From NCBI GenBank assembly GCA_007135125.1, contig SLJK01000032.1:16237-80236 (forward strand): a stretch of DNA of 64,000 nucleotides, given 5' to 3'. A program made the position numbers and the translations under genes. This stretch comes from Syntrophomonadaceae bacterium (GTDB lineage: Bacteria; Bacillota; Dethiobacteria; DTU022; UBA8154). The notes beneath the pieces are model-generated. The model saw only the letters and a program-made list of their open reading frames with translations, made no database searches and was not told where the DNA came from. Positions 1 to 8,600 of the stretch are shown here, piece after piece (position 1 is the stretch's first letter; the number at the start of each line of letters is the position of its first letter).

Positions 1-159
1 GCTCTCGATCCTGACTCCAATAAGCTAATTACTTCGCGGATCTTGATCGATGCTACCACGCCCTACGAATGGGAAAACAAGCCCCAAGAAGTAGCCATGG
101 ACAGTGAGACCATGGAGAAAGTTCACTCTCGCTGGAAAGAGTACGGTTTTGACTTTTAA
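1..159 (+). CDS. UbiD-family (de)carboxylase, C-terminal fragment (5' truncated by window edge)
   Basis: Frame 1 reads ALDPDSNKLITSRILIDATTPYEWENKPQEVAMDSETMEKVHSRWKEYGFDF*. The W-x-KYGF C-terminal motif parallels the C-terminus of the complete UbiD paralog at 2937-4370 (…LANWEKYGFTK). Confidence 0.55.
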   Translation, partial: ALDPDSNKLITSRILIDATTPYEWENKPQEVAMDSETMEKVHSRWKEYGFDF

Positions 160-229
160 CGTCTTTCAGCATATTGTGTTAAAAGCCACTTATCCCCAAA
201 AAATGTTATATGAAAGGAGTTAACATCCA

Positions 230-772
230 ATGATGCAAAAAAATGTTGCTCAAGCTGTGGAGAAAGCAAAAAAAATTAAGCTTGTTGTTTTCGATGTCCA
301 TGGAGTATTAACTGATAATACGGTTATTTACGATGATGAAGGGAGGCGCTTACGGGCTTTTTGCCATGAGGATGGTTTTGGTTGTAATGCGCTGATGCTT
401 ATGGGTGTCGAGGTGGCCGTAATCACCAGGAAGTCAAAATCAGTAGCCGCCAGGATGGAAGATATCGGGATTAAACGGTTTTACCAAACCAAGGAAAAGA
501 TTGTCCAGTATGAACAACTACTAGAAGAACTTGGCATAACTGATGAAGAAGTTTGTTATGTGGGTGATGAAATTATTGATATCGGGGTAATGAAAAGAGT
601 TGGGTTTGCCGTAGCTCCTTCCGATGCAAAAACAATGGCTATGGATGTGGCGCACTGGGTTACCGAAAAAGCGGGGGGGAAAGGTGTAGCGAGAGAACTT
701 GCAGAGTTTATCCTGGAAGCACAGGGTAAATGGGGGACTTTCTGTGAAAAGGTAATGAGTAAAGGCTGGTAA
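230..772 (+). CDS. HAD-IIIA phosphatase, KdsC/YrbI-like (candidate PpcD-like phosphatase subunit)
   Basis: 180 aa. LVVFDVHGVLTD (DxDGV-type motif I), VITRKSK, YVGDEIID and GGKGVARE match KDO-8-P phosphatase-family motifs. RBS GAAAGGAG upstream. Confidence 0.8.
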   Translation: MMQKNVAQAVEKAKKIKLVVFDVHGVLTDNTVIYDDEGRRLRAFCHEDGFGCNALMLMGVEVAVITRKSKSVAARMEDIGIKRFYQTKEKIVQYEQLLEELGITDEEVCYVGDEIIDIGVMKRVGFAVAPSDAKTMAMDVAHWVTEKAGGKGVARELAEFILEAQGKWGTFCEKVMSKGW

Positions 773-912
773 CAATTCCCTTTTATGTAGGATAGTGTTT
801 AGGGTAAAATGTTAATTCTTGGAAGGGATTTTTATTTTATTGTCTTATAATACGATTAGTACAATGTGTTTTGGTTCTGGCTGGGGCCAGTTAGAAAAGG
901 GGCTAGTAGCTT

Positions 913-2856
913 ATGGATAAAAACAATCTCTCCTTTCCGTTTTTCGAACAGTCCTCCTCAGAGGACAACTGGTACGGGCAGGATCTGAACAGAGAAACGG
1001 AAAAACATAATAGTCAGTTACTTGCTTCGGGAGAGTCGAGAAGAGAGCTTCTTAAAGAACGTAAAAGGGTGATTCAGTGGAGGATATTAAATGAAGCCAC
1101 TGCCATCTTAAATTCTCAGCTGCACTCGGAAAGCCTTCCCCTTAAATTTATTAAATGTGCAAAGAAATTAGTCTCTGCCGGAGAGGCGCTCTTGGCTTTA
1201 AAAGAAGAAAAAGATGCGAGTCTGACTATTATTAAACATTACTCCACTACCGAGGGTTCTGGGGAAAAGCTGGTTGAAGAAAAATCCCAAAACCCTCAGG
1301 GTGCCATCAAGATTATTATGGAAAACGAAGAAGTTATTAATAGGAACTCATCGCAATTTCCTTCTCATGAACTTTACGGTTTTTATTCCATAAAAAAGAG
1401 TCTTCTGGGGATCCCGATCTATGCAAGCGGGAAAGTTATAGGTGCCCTTTTGATGGCCAACAAATGGGAAGAGGATTCTTTTACCCGTGACGACCAGGAG
1501 CTGCTGCTAATTTTAGGTGCCCAGCTGGGTATAGCCCTGGAAAACTCCAGGCTTTATGAAAAAACTGATGAGAAGCTGCAGGCAAAAGTGGAAGAGTTGG
1601 AACAGGTTAACGACCTTCTGACAAAAAAACATAAAGTGCTGGCTAAATCTTTGGAAATTCACAAGCAGTTAACCGATTTAGCTCTGCGAGGGGAGGGAAT
1701 AGAAGCTATCTGTAACACCCTGGTCTCCATTATTGGTTCACCAATTCAGGTTGAAGATTGTGCCTTTAATATTAAGGCAACGACCATGGAGCACTTAACC
1801 GGGGATTTTCTTAGTGGCAGGAACCTGGTAGATGGTTGTGGATATGAGCGACACTCAAATGAGCTTTTTAAAGGAAGAAAAGCGGTGGAAATTACCCTGG
1901 ATTCTAACACTACTCAATATATGGTCCCTATTATTGCAGGTCAGCAAGTCCTGGGGATCATAACCACGGTTTATGCAGATAGGTCTCTTGGCCAGCTAGA
2001 TAGGGTGGCTATGGAACAGGGAGCAACCATTATTGCCCTGGAAATGCTGAAGGAAAAAGCTGCCGTGGAGCAAACTCGACGCTTGCGGGAACACTTTTTG
2101 GAGCAGGTGCTGGAAAAAGATTATGAAAGCGAAGAGTGGGTGCATCATCGTGCTCTGCAGCTGGGATTTAATTTGAAGCATGCCTGCCAGGTGATGACAG
2201 TGGAGATCGAGCCCGGCCCAAAAGACAGGAGCCGGCCTGAACTATACCAGGAAATAAGGGAGTTCTATATAGACTCTACTACCAATGTTATTGTTATTAT
2301 CAAACATAATAGGGCCATAGTAATGCTCTCTTTCGACCCCCTGGAAGAGAAAGACGGGGTCAAACACCTTGCCGAATTGTTAAAGAAGTGGCTGGAGCAG
2401 TCGGTACAGGACGGCACCTGGTGGATTGCCCTGGGTACTATTTGCTATCAATTAGAAGACTGCGCTATTTCCTACCGAAAGGCAATTACAACTCTTGACA
2501 TTATGAAGGCTTTAAGGCTTACCCAAAAAATAGTTTCCAACGATAACCTGGGGATCTTTTCATTGATCGAAATTAACACCCAAAACTTTGCAGAATTCAC
2601 GCAAAGAACCCTGGGAGAGCTGTTGGATTATGATCAGAAGCATAAAACGCAGCTGGTGAGCACTTTAAACCTGTACTATAGACATAATGCTAATGTCCTG
2701 AAAGCATCCCGCCAGGGCTACCTGAATCCCAGCACCATGAAATACAGGTTGCGGAGAATACAGGAGATCACTGGTTTGGACTTAAAAGATGCCGATGTAG
2801 GCTTGCAGCTGCAGTTTGCTCTGAAATTAATGGAATTTGTTTGGTCAGATAGTTGA
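913..2856 (+). CDS. GAF-domain / PucR (CdaR)-family transcriptional regulator
   Basis: 647 aa. Central GAF-like block (…GIPIYASGKVIGALLMANKWEED…LGIALENSRLYE), a coiled-coil, and a C-terminal PucR-type HTH (…STMKYRLRRIQEITGLDL…). Confidence 0.7.
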   Translation: MDKNNLSFPFFEQSSSEDNWYGQDLNRETEKHNSQLLASGESRRELLKERKRVIQWRILNEATAILNSQLHSESLPLKFIKCAKKLVSAGEALLALKEEKDASLTIIKHYSTTEGSGEKLVEEKSQNPQGAIKIIMENEEVINRNSSQFPSHELYGFYSIKKSLLGIPIYASGKVIGALLMANKWEEDSFTRDDQELLLILGAQLGIALENSRLYEKTDEKLQAKVEELEQVNDLLTKKHKVLAKSLEIHKQLTDLALRGEGIEAICNTLVSIIGSPIQVEDCAFNIKATTMEHLTGDFLSGRNLVDGCGYERHSNELFKGRKAVEITLDSNTTQYMVPIIAGQQVLGIITTVYADRSLGQLDRVAMEQGATIIALEMLKEKAAVEQTRRLREHFLEQVLEKDYESEEWVHHRALQLGFNLKHACQVMTVEIEPGPKDRSRPELYQEIREFYIDSTTNVIVIIKHNRAIVMLSFDPLEEKDGVKHLAELLKKWLEQSVQDGTWWIALGTICYQLEDCAISYRKAITTLDIMKALRLTQKIVSNDNLGIFSLIEINTQNFAEFTQRTLGELLDYDQKHKTQLVSTLNLYYRHNANVLKASRQGYLNPSTMKYRLRRIQEITGLDLKDADVGLQLQFALKLMEFVWSDS

Positions 2857-2936
2857 ACATGTGCTGTGCTTCATTTGGAAGAAGGTAGTTAGAGGTATTA
2901 AGTTGAAATTAAAATATAAAGGAGGCTGTGCAAAAG

Positions 2937-4370
2937 GTGTATAAAGACAACCGAGAATTTATGAAAGCGCTGGAGGCTGCAGGAGAACTGGTTACCATTG
3001 ATCAGGAAGTGGACTGGGACATGGAAGCGGGAGCAATAGTCCGCAAGGTTTGTGAAGACAAGGCACCTTCTCCCCTGATGAACAAAATCAAGGATTACCC
3101 CGGGCATCGATACCTGGGAGCGCCCCTGGCAAACTACCGCAAGTTGGCCATAGCTATGGGCATGGATCCGGATAGCAGTATCCCTGAGATTGCTGCAGAA
3201 TACTTGGAGCGCACCAACAGAGAACCGGTAAAACCTGTTATTGTTGAAAAAGATCAGGCACCTTGCAAGGAAAATATTATTACAGGCGATGATGTTGACC
3301 TTTTTACTCTGCCTGCTCCCATGGTCCATGAAGGTGATGGGGGACGGTACCTGGCAACCTGGCATTTTGTGGTAACCAAGGACCCTGACAAGCAGGAAGT
3401 TAACTGGGGAATGTACAGGCAGATGGTTTATAATTCCAAAATAATGACCGGACCGCTATTTCCTTTTTCCGGTGGTGGCCAGGTTTTCCACGGGAAATAT
3501 GTTCCCCGCGGTGAGGCTATGCCTTTTGCTACTGTGATTGGCCCGGATCCCCTTGGTGCTATTGCGGGTTCCGCCCCCACAGCTATCCCTGAGCCGGAAT
3601 ATACGGGGCAGCTTTTGGGGAAACCTGTGGAACTGGTGAAATGTGAAACAGTGGATTTGGAAGTCCCCGCCAATGCCGAAATAATTATTGAGGGGTATAT
3701 TCTTCCTGATGTATCGATAGAGGAGGGACCTTTCGGTGAGTACACTGGTTACCGTACTTCTCCGAGAGATACTCGCACGGTTTACCAGGTAACTGCCATC
3801 ACCCATAGAAATGATCCCATAACCACCATTTCCAATATGGGTGTTCCCACCGACGAGGGGCAGCTTTTGCGTTCTTTCACCCTGGGTTTGGAAATGGATA
3901 GGATGCTTCGCAACCAGGGTATCCCTATAACGGGAGTGTATATGCTGCCCGAATCGACTCACCACCTGGTTGTAGTTGGAGTTAAGCCGCTTTATACTAA
4001 TATAGCGGCACAAATTGCTCAAACTGTTTTTGGTAGTTCGCTGGGTATGTGGTTCCATATGGTTGTGGTAGTAGATGATAAAACAGATATTTATAATTTC
4101 AACGAAGTTTTGCATGCCCTAAGTACTCGCTGTCATCCTGTAAACGGCATACATGTCTGGCAGGGAGTGGGGACACCCCTCTATCCTTTCCTCAGCGCGG
4201 CGGAAAGGAAGAAATCAGTAGGCCCTAAAGTTCTCTTTGACTGCACCTTCCCGTTGGACTGGGATCCATTAAGCGAGGTGCCCAGACTTGTTTCTTTCAA
4301 GACAGTTTATCCCCAGGAGATCCAGGACAAGGTTCTGGCCAACTGGGAAAAATATGGCTTTACAAAATAG
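2937..4370 (+). CDS. UbiD-family prFMN-dependent (de)carboxylase (phenylphosphate carboxylase alpha/beta-like)
   Basis: The ORF track starts at GTG 2928. GTG 2937 has better AGGAGG spacing and gives MYKDNREF…, typical of a UbiD N-terminus. About 478 aa, with UbiD-like blocks throughout (…GPFGEYTGYR…, …WHFVVTKD…). Confidence 0.8.
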   Translation: MYKDNREFMKALEAAGELVTIDQEVDWDMEAGAIVRKVCEDKAPSPLMNKIKDYPGHRYLGAPLANYRKLAIAMGMDPDSSIPEIAAEYLERTNREPVKPVIVEKDQAPCKENIITGDDVDLFTLPAPMVHEGDGGRYLATWHFVVTKDPDKQEVNWGMYRQMVYNSKIMTGPLFPFSGGGQVFHGKYVPRGEAMPFATVIGPDPLGAIAGSAPTAIPEPEYTGQLLGKPVELVKCETVDLEVPANAEIIIEGYILPDVSIEEGPFGEYTGYRTSPRDTRTVYQVTAITHRNDPITTISNMGVPTDEGQLLRSFTLGLEMDRMLRNQGIPITGVYMLPESTHHLVVVGVKPLYTNIAAQIAQTVFGSSLGMWFHMVVVVDDKTDIYNFNEVLHALSTRCHPVNGIHVWQGVGTPLYPFLSAAERKKSVGPKVLFDCTFPLDWDPLSEVPRLVSFKTVYPQEIQDKVLANWEKYGFTK

Positions 4371-4386
4371 TAAAGGAGGAAATATA

Positions 4387-4641
4387 ATGGCTCGCTATGA
4401 TGTTTTTATAAACAGCTTGGCAGATCTGCCTGAAGGAAAAGAGGTTCAACTTGCGATAAGGGATCTTTCGCCGGGAATTCATAAGTACTGCTATCAGGAT
4501 GTACTGGCCATGGTCTCTCCTGACCCCGAGAAATATGATGAAAAAATGCAGGTTCGTTATGGCAGGGGACAGGCACATCCACAACTATTCTCTATCAAAA
4601 TACAGGAGAATGTTGAAAGGATTCCGGAGCGATGGAGGTAG
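4387..4641 (+). CDS. small (85 aa) protein translationally coupled between two UbiD paralogs (candidate PpcC-like small subunit)
   Basis: The ORF track lists 4288-4641. The plausible start is ATG 4387, directly after the upstream stop and with RBS AAAGGAGGAAATATA. MARYDVFINSLADLPEGKEVQLAIRDL… The 3' end overlaps the next UbiD start by 10 nt. Confidence 0.5.
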   Translation: MARYDVFINSLADLPEGKEVQLAIRDLSPGIHKYCYQDVLAMVSPDPEKYDEKMQVRYGRGQAHPQLFSIKIQENVERIPERWR

Positions 4642-5999
4642 ACTTAAGAAGTTTTCTTCATACTTTAAAAGAAAATAAAGAACTTATAGAACTTGAGGAC
4701 GAAGTCAGCCCCCGTTACGAAGTTACTTCCATTTTCAAAGAGGTGCTGGGGGAGCAGGGAGGTCCGGCTGTCCTTTTGCACAATGTGAGCGGTTATCCCG
4801 GCCGGAAGTTGGCAGGGAACCTTTTGGCCAGCCGTGAAAAGATGGCTTTAGCCCTGGGGTGCCAGGTGGAAGATTTAAGGGACGCATATCTGAAAGGGCG
4901 CTTTGCTTCCCTGGAGCCTGTGCAGGTGCAAGGTAGTGCTCCGGCACAGGAAGAAACAGTGGCAGAAGAGATAGATCTTCTATCTCTTCTGCCCGCACCT
5001 ATTTTTCATCAGGGTGATGCCGGGCCTTACCTTACAGCAGGTGTGCTTTTGGCTAAAGATCCCGATACAGGGGTAATGAACAGTGGAATTCACAGGCTGC
5101 AACTAAAAGGCAAAACTAGGCTGGGGGTGTTTCTGGCTACACCGCCTCTGTCAAATTATTTCAAGAGATCTGAAGAAGAAGGTAAACCCCTGCAGGTGGC
5201 AGTAGCATTAGGTCTGCATCCAGCCGAGCTTTTAGCAGCAGCCGTTTCTCTTAAGGAGGGCATGAAAAGCAAGATTCATCTGGCCGGAGGTTTAGCCGGA
5301 CGAGGAATGCCGCTTACTCCAGCCAAAACCCTGGATATGATGGTGCCAGCCACGGCGGAAATTATCCTAGAGGGACATTTACTTCCTGGTATAAGAGAAG
5401 CAGAAGGACCTTTTGGAGAAAGTACCGGCTATTATTTTGAGGCGGAAAGCCCCATTTTGGAGATACAAGCGGTTACGTTTCGTAAGGATCCCATTCTTAC
5501 CGTTATTCCGCCCTGGGGAATCGAAACGGATATTATACTTGCAGTTTTTAGCGGAGCTGAACTGTGGAAGGAGCTGCACAGGGTTATTCCTGAAGTAAGA
5601 GATGTTACTTTTTTACCGGGCTCCCTCACTTTTCAGGGAGTTATCCAGGTGAGTGAATCACTTTCCAGGGAAAAAATAAGGCAACTGATTTACCTGGCTT
5701 TAAATTTGGATCGACGCCTGAAACACGTGATAGTGGTCGACGATGATGTGGATATTCATAGTTCTAGAGAGGTTTTATGGGCACTGGGGACTCGTTTTCA
5801 GGGCTCTACTGACCTCATTTGCCTCCCGGGCCTGGAAGGGTATGTTATTGATCCTTCCACCCAGGAAGGAGAAACAGCGAAACTTGGTTTTGATGCAACT
5901 GCACGACCGGAGGGGCCATATAGCAAGCGTTACCGGAGTCTTTCCCTTCCCCGGGAATCAATTTTAAAGGCAAAAAACATTCTGGAACAGAGGAGATGA
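4632..5999 (+). CDS. UbiD-family (de)carboxylase paralog
   Basis: 455 aa (MEVDLRSFLHTLKENKELIELEDEV…GPFGESTGYY…). Second complete UbiD paralog. Start overlaps the small ORF and the stop overlaps ubiX (ATGA). Confidence 0.8.
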   Translation: MEVDLRSFLHTLKENKELIELEDEVSPRYEVTSIFKEVLGEQGGPAVLLHNVSGYPGRKLAGNLLASREKMALALGCQVEDLRDAYLKGRFASLEPVQVQGSAPAQEETVAEEIDLLSLLPAPIFHQGDAGPYLTAGVLLAKDPDTGVMNSGIHRLQLKGKTRLGVFLATPPLSNYFKRSEEEGKPLQVAVALGLHPAELLAAAVSLKEGMKSKIHLAGGLAGRGMPLTPAKTLDMMVPATAEIILEGHLLPGIREAEGPFGESTGYYFEAESPILEIQAVTFRKDPILTVIPPWGIETDIILAVFSGAELWKELHRVIPEVRDVTFLPGSLTFQGVIQVSESLSREKIRQLIYLALNLDRRLKHVIVVDDDVDIHSSREVLWALGTRFQGSTDLICLPGLEGYVIDPSTQEGETAKLGFDATARPEGPYSKRYRSLSLPRESILKAKNILEQRR

Positions 6000-6610
6000 T
6001 GCCCGTGCGAATCGTAGTGGGTATATCCGGTGCGACTGGAGTGATCTACGGGATTAGGATCATGGAAATACTCAAGGAGCTTGAAGTGGAAACTCACCTG
6101 ATAATATCCGATGCAGGTAAGAAAAACATTGAGCTGGAAACCGGGTACGAAGTGGCCAGAGTTGAAGCGCTGGCGACAGAAGTTCATGATATATGTAACG
6201 TAGGTGCTTCTATTTCCAGTGGTTCTTTTAAAACCCATGGTATGATTGTTGCTCCCTGTTCTATCAAGAGCCTTTCTGCTATTGCTAATTCTTTCAATAA
6301 TAACCTGCTTATCAGGTCGGCAGATGTTACTTTAAAGGAAAAAAGAAAGCTGGTTATGATAGTAAGGGAGACGCCCTTGCACGTAGGTCATTTGCGGCTT
6401 ATGACAATGGTGGCGGAGGCAGGGGGAGTGCTGCTACCTCCAATGCCTGCTTTTTATAATCACCCTGAAACATTAGAAGATATGATTGACCAGACGGCGG
6501 GAAAAGCTCTGGACCAGTTCGGCATTGAGCATAACCTCTTTAACCGTTGGTACGGTACCGATTCGGCCAGAAGAAGAAACAAAGAAGCTTTAAAAAGGGG
6601 TTTGTTGTAA
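5996..6610 (+). CDS. ubiX: flavin prenyltransferase UbiX (prFMN synthase)
   Basis: 204 aa. IVVGISGATGVIYGIRIMEIL…MIVAPCSIKSLSAIANSF…RETPL is a classic UbiX/Pad1 flavoprotein. The start may be ATG 5999. Confidence 0.85.
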   Translation: MMPVRIVVGISGATGVIYGIRIMEILKELEVETHLIISDAGKKNIELETGYEVARVEALATEVHDICNVGASISSGSFKTHGMIVAPCSIKSLSAIANSFNNNLLIRSADVTLKEKRKLVMIVRETPLHVGHLRLMTMVAEAGGVLLPPMPAFYNHPETLEDMIDQTAGKALDQFGIEHNLFNRWYGTDSARRRNKEALKRGLL

Positions 6611-6614
6611 ACTC

Positions 6615-7139
6615 ATGGAAGAAATTATCGAAAGCAAGGAAATCTTTAACGGAAAAATTATCCGTGTCCGCCTGGATAAAGTAAGACTTCCCGATGGAAA
6701 GGAAAGTCAAAGGGAAATTGTGCAGCTCGGCGGCGCTGTAGCTATGGTGCCAGTTGATGAGAAAGGAAATATTTATTTCGTTAGACAATATAGAAAGCCC
6801 ATTGAAAAAGTTTTACTTGAAATACCGGCAGGGCGACTTGAACCGCCAGAAATTCCTGAGGATTGTGCTCGCCGGGAATTAGCAGAAGAGATCGGTTTGT
6901 GGCCGGATAAAATTAATAAACTTTCAGATTTCTTTTCCTCGCCTGGTTTTTCCAACGAGAATATCACTATATTTTTGGCCAGGAATTTGAGGAAGAGCAA
7001 AATGCGTCCGGATGAAGGAGAGTTTATTGATGTGGTATTATATCCTTTCTCTAAAGCATTAGCCATGATTAGTAGTGGAGAGATTCAGGACGGTAAAACA
7101 ATTGCGGGACTCCTGTTGGCCCATTATTTTCTGCAGTAG
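6615..7139 (+). CDS. NUDIX hydrolase (ADP-ribose pyrophosphatase NudF-like)
   Basis: 174 aa. Nudix box GRLEPPEIPEDCARRELAEEIGL (Gx5Ex7REUxEExGU). Confidence 0.8.
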   Translation: MEEIIESKEIFNGKIIRVRLDKVRLPDGKESQREIVQLGGAVAMVPVDEKGNIYFVRQYRKPIEKVLLEIPAGRLEPPEIPEDCARRELAEEIGLWPDKINKLSDFFSSPGFSNENITIFLARNLRKSKMRPDEGEFIDVVLYPFSKALAMISSGEIQDGKTIAGLLLAHYFLQ

Positions 7140-7212
7140 TAGTAATAGAAGAAGGTATTTTTCAATAGCGGTATCAGGTATATTTCAATATCTAAGAGTA
7201 AGAGGACTTTGG

Positions 7213-7250
7213 GGTATCTTTGTAGAATAGATACCTCACTTATTTTTTTA
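7213..7250 (+). terminator. rho-independent terminator after NUDIX gene
   Basis: Stem GGTATCT / AGATACC with a 9-nt loop, then a TATTTTTTTA U-tract. Confidence 0.5.
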
Positions 7251-7280
7251 TACCATATTTTATGGTAAGGGAGTGAACTT

Positions 7281-8384
7281 ATGGAAAAAATTTCGAAACG
7301 CCCCTGTTTAGATCAAATTACTCCTTATGTGCCCGGAAAACCTATTGAGGAGGTGGAAAGGGAGCTGGGGATAAAAGGAGTTATTAAATTAGCTTCCAAT
7401 GAAAATCCTCTTGGCCCTTCTTCTTTGGCTCAGGAGGCTATAAAGGAGTTTGCGCCTGAGGTAGGCATGTATCCTGATGGAAATTGCTTTTATTTAAAAG
7501 GAGAATTAGCCGATTATCTTGGGGTAACAGAAAAGAACATTGTTATGGGAAATGGAGCTGATGATCTTATCACCCTGGCCGGTCTTGCTTACTTGAACCC
7601 AGGGGATGAGATTATAATGGCGCAGCCCACTTTCTCACAATACGGATTTTCTGCCAGGCTTATGGATGCTATCCCGGTCAAAGTTCCGTCCCAGGATTTC
7701 CGTCATGACTTGAATGCTATAGCTGCAGCTATTACTGACAAGACGAAGATAATTTTTATCTGTAATCCCAACAATCCTACGGGCACCATTGTTACCAGGG
7801 AAGAGATGGAGACTTTCATTAAAAAGATCCCCACGAGTGTCCTGGTGGTTATTGACGAAGCATACTATGAATATGCCAGTGACCCTAAATATCCGCAGAG
7901 CATTGAGTTATTAAAAGAGGGTTATAATGTCTTTATCCTACGTACTTTTTCTAAGATATTCGGACTGGCTGGCTTGCGAGTAGGCTATGGATTGGCCCCG
8001 GAAAATGTTGTTACTGATATCAATACGGTTCGTGAACCTTTTAACGTAAATGCCATTGCCCAGTATGCTGCCAGGGCGGCGCTGAAAGACAAAAAACATG
8101 TCGAGGAAGGGCGCAGGATTAACGAGGAGGGCAAGATATACCTGGCAGAAGAATTTGAGCGCCTAAACCTTTTCCATCTTCCCACAGAAGCAAATTTTGT
8201 TTTTGTAGATGTAGGTGTGGATTCCCGCAAGCTTTTCCCGGTAATGTTGAAAAAAGGTGTTATTGTAAGAACAGGAGATATTTTTGGATATCCTGAGTTT
8301 ATCAGGTTAACTATTGGCACCCAGGAGCAAAATCGCCGTTTTATCAAAGCTTTTGAGGAGAGCATTAAAGAACTGCAAGGTTAG
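7281..8384 (+). CDS. hisC: histidinol-phosphate aminotransferase
   Basis: 367 aa. …LASNENPLGPS…, …FSKIFGLAGLRVGY… is PLP class-II aminotransferase and HisC-like throughout. RBS GGGAG. Confidence 0.85.
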   Translation: MEKISKRPCLDQITPYVPGKPIEEVERELGIKGVIKLASNENPLGPSSLAQEAIKEFAPEVGMYPDGNCFYLKGELADYLGVTEKNIVMGNGADDLITLAGLAYLNPGDEIIMAQPTFSQYGFSARLMDAIPVKVPSQDFRHDLNAIAAAITDKTKIIFICNPNNPTGTIVTREEMETFIKKIPTSVLVVIDEAYYEYASDPKYPQSIELLKEGYNVFILRTFSKIFGLAGLRVGYGLAPENVVTDINTVREPFNVNAIAQYAARAALKDKKHVEEGRRINEEGKIYLAEEFERLNLFHLPTEANFVFVDVGVDSRKLFPVMLKKGVIVRTGDIFGYPEFIRLTIGTQEQNRRFIKAFEESIKELQG

Positions 8385-8471
8385 ATAGTGTATACACAGG
8401 ACAGGGGTGGTTTCTTTTCAAGATTTTATCCTGCTATGATTGTGTTAATACATTTAAGTGAAATATTTCTA

Positions 8472-8514
8472 AGCTTCCAGTCAAAAAGTGCTTCCTGGAG
8501 GCTTTTCTTTTTTA
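8472..8514 (+). terminator. putative intrinsic terminator downstream of hisC
   Basis: AGCTTCCAG…CTGGAGGCT stem (one G-U) followed by TTTTCTTTTTT. The loop is rather large at 14 nt. Confidence 0.35.
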
Positions 8515-8549
8515 TTACAGCGCATGTAGTAAGAGGAATGATGTTAGTG

Positions 8550-8579
8550 TTGCAGATAGTACAAAAAAAAGTATATAAT
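8550..8579 (+). promoter_or_regulatory. sigma-A-type promoter for tsaE operon
   Basis: TTGCAG, an 18-nt spacer, then TATAAT, 20-30 nt upstream of the tsaE start. Confidence 0.4.
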
Positions 8580-8600
8580 AAAAGTTGATAGCAGGGGTGA

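Noticed and set aside
230-772. Calling this gene kdsC (LPS core biosynthesis)
   Set aside because: The genome context looks monoderm and no KDO pathway genes are adjacent. Its embedding among UbiD paralogs argues for a carboxylase-associated phosphatase, so the gene symbol was left blank.
3456-4115. 219-aa minus-strand ORF (and 3428-3745, 2898-3365)
   Set aside because: It lies antisense within the well-supported UbiD-family gene. It has no RBS or recognisable domain.
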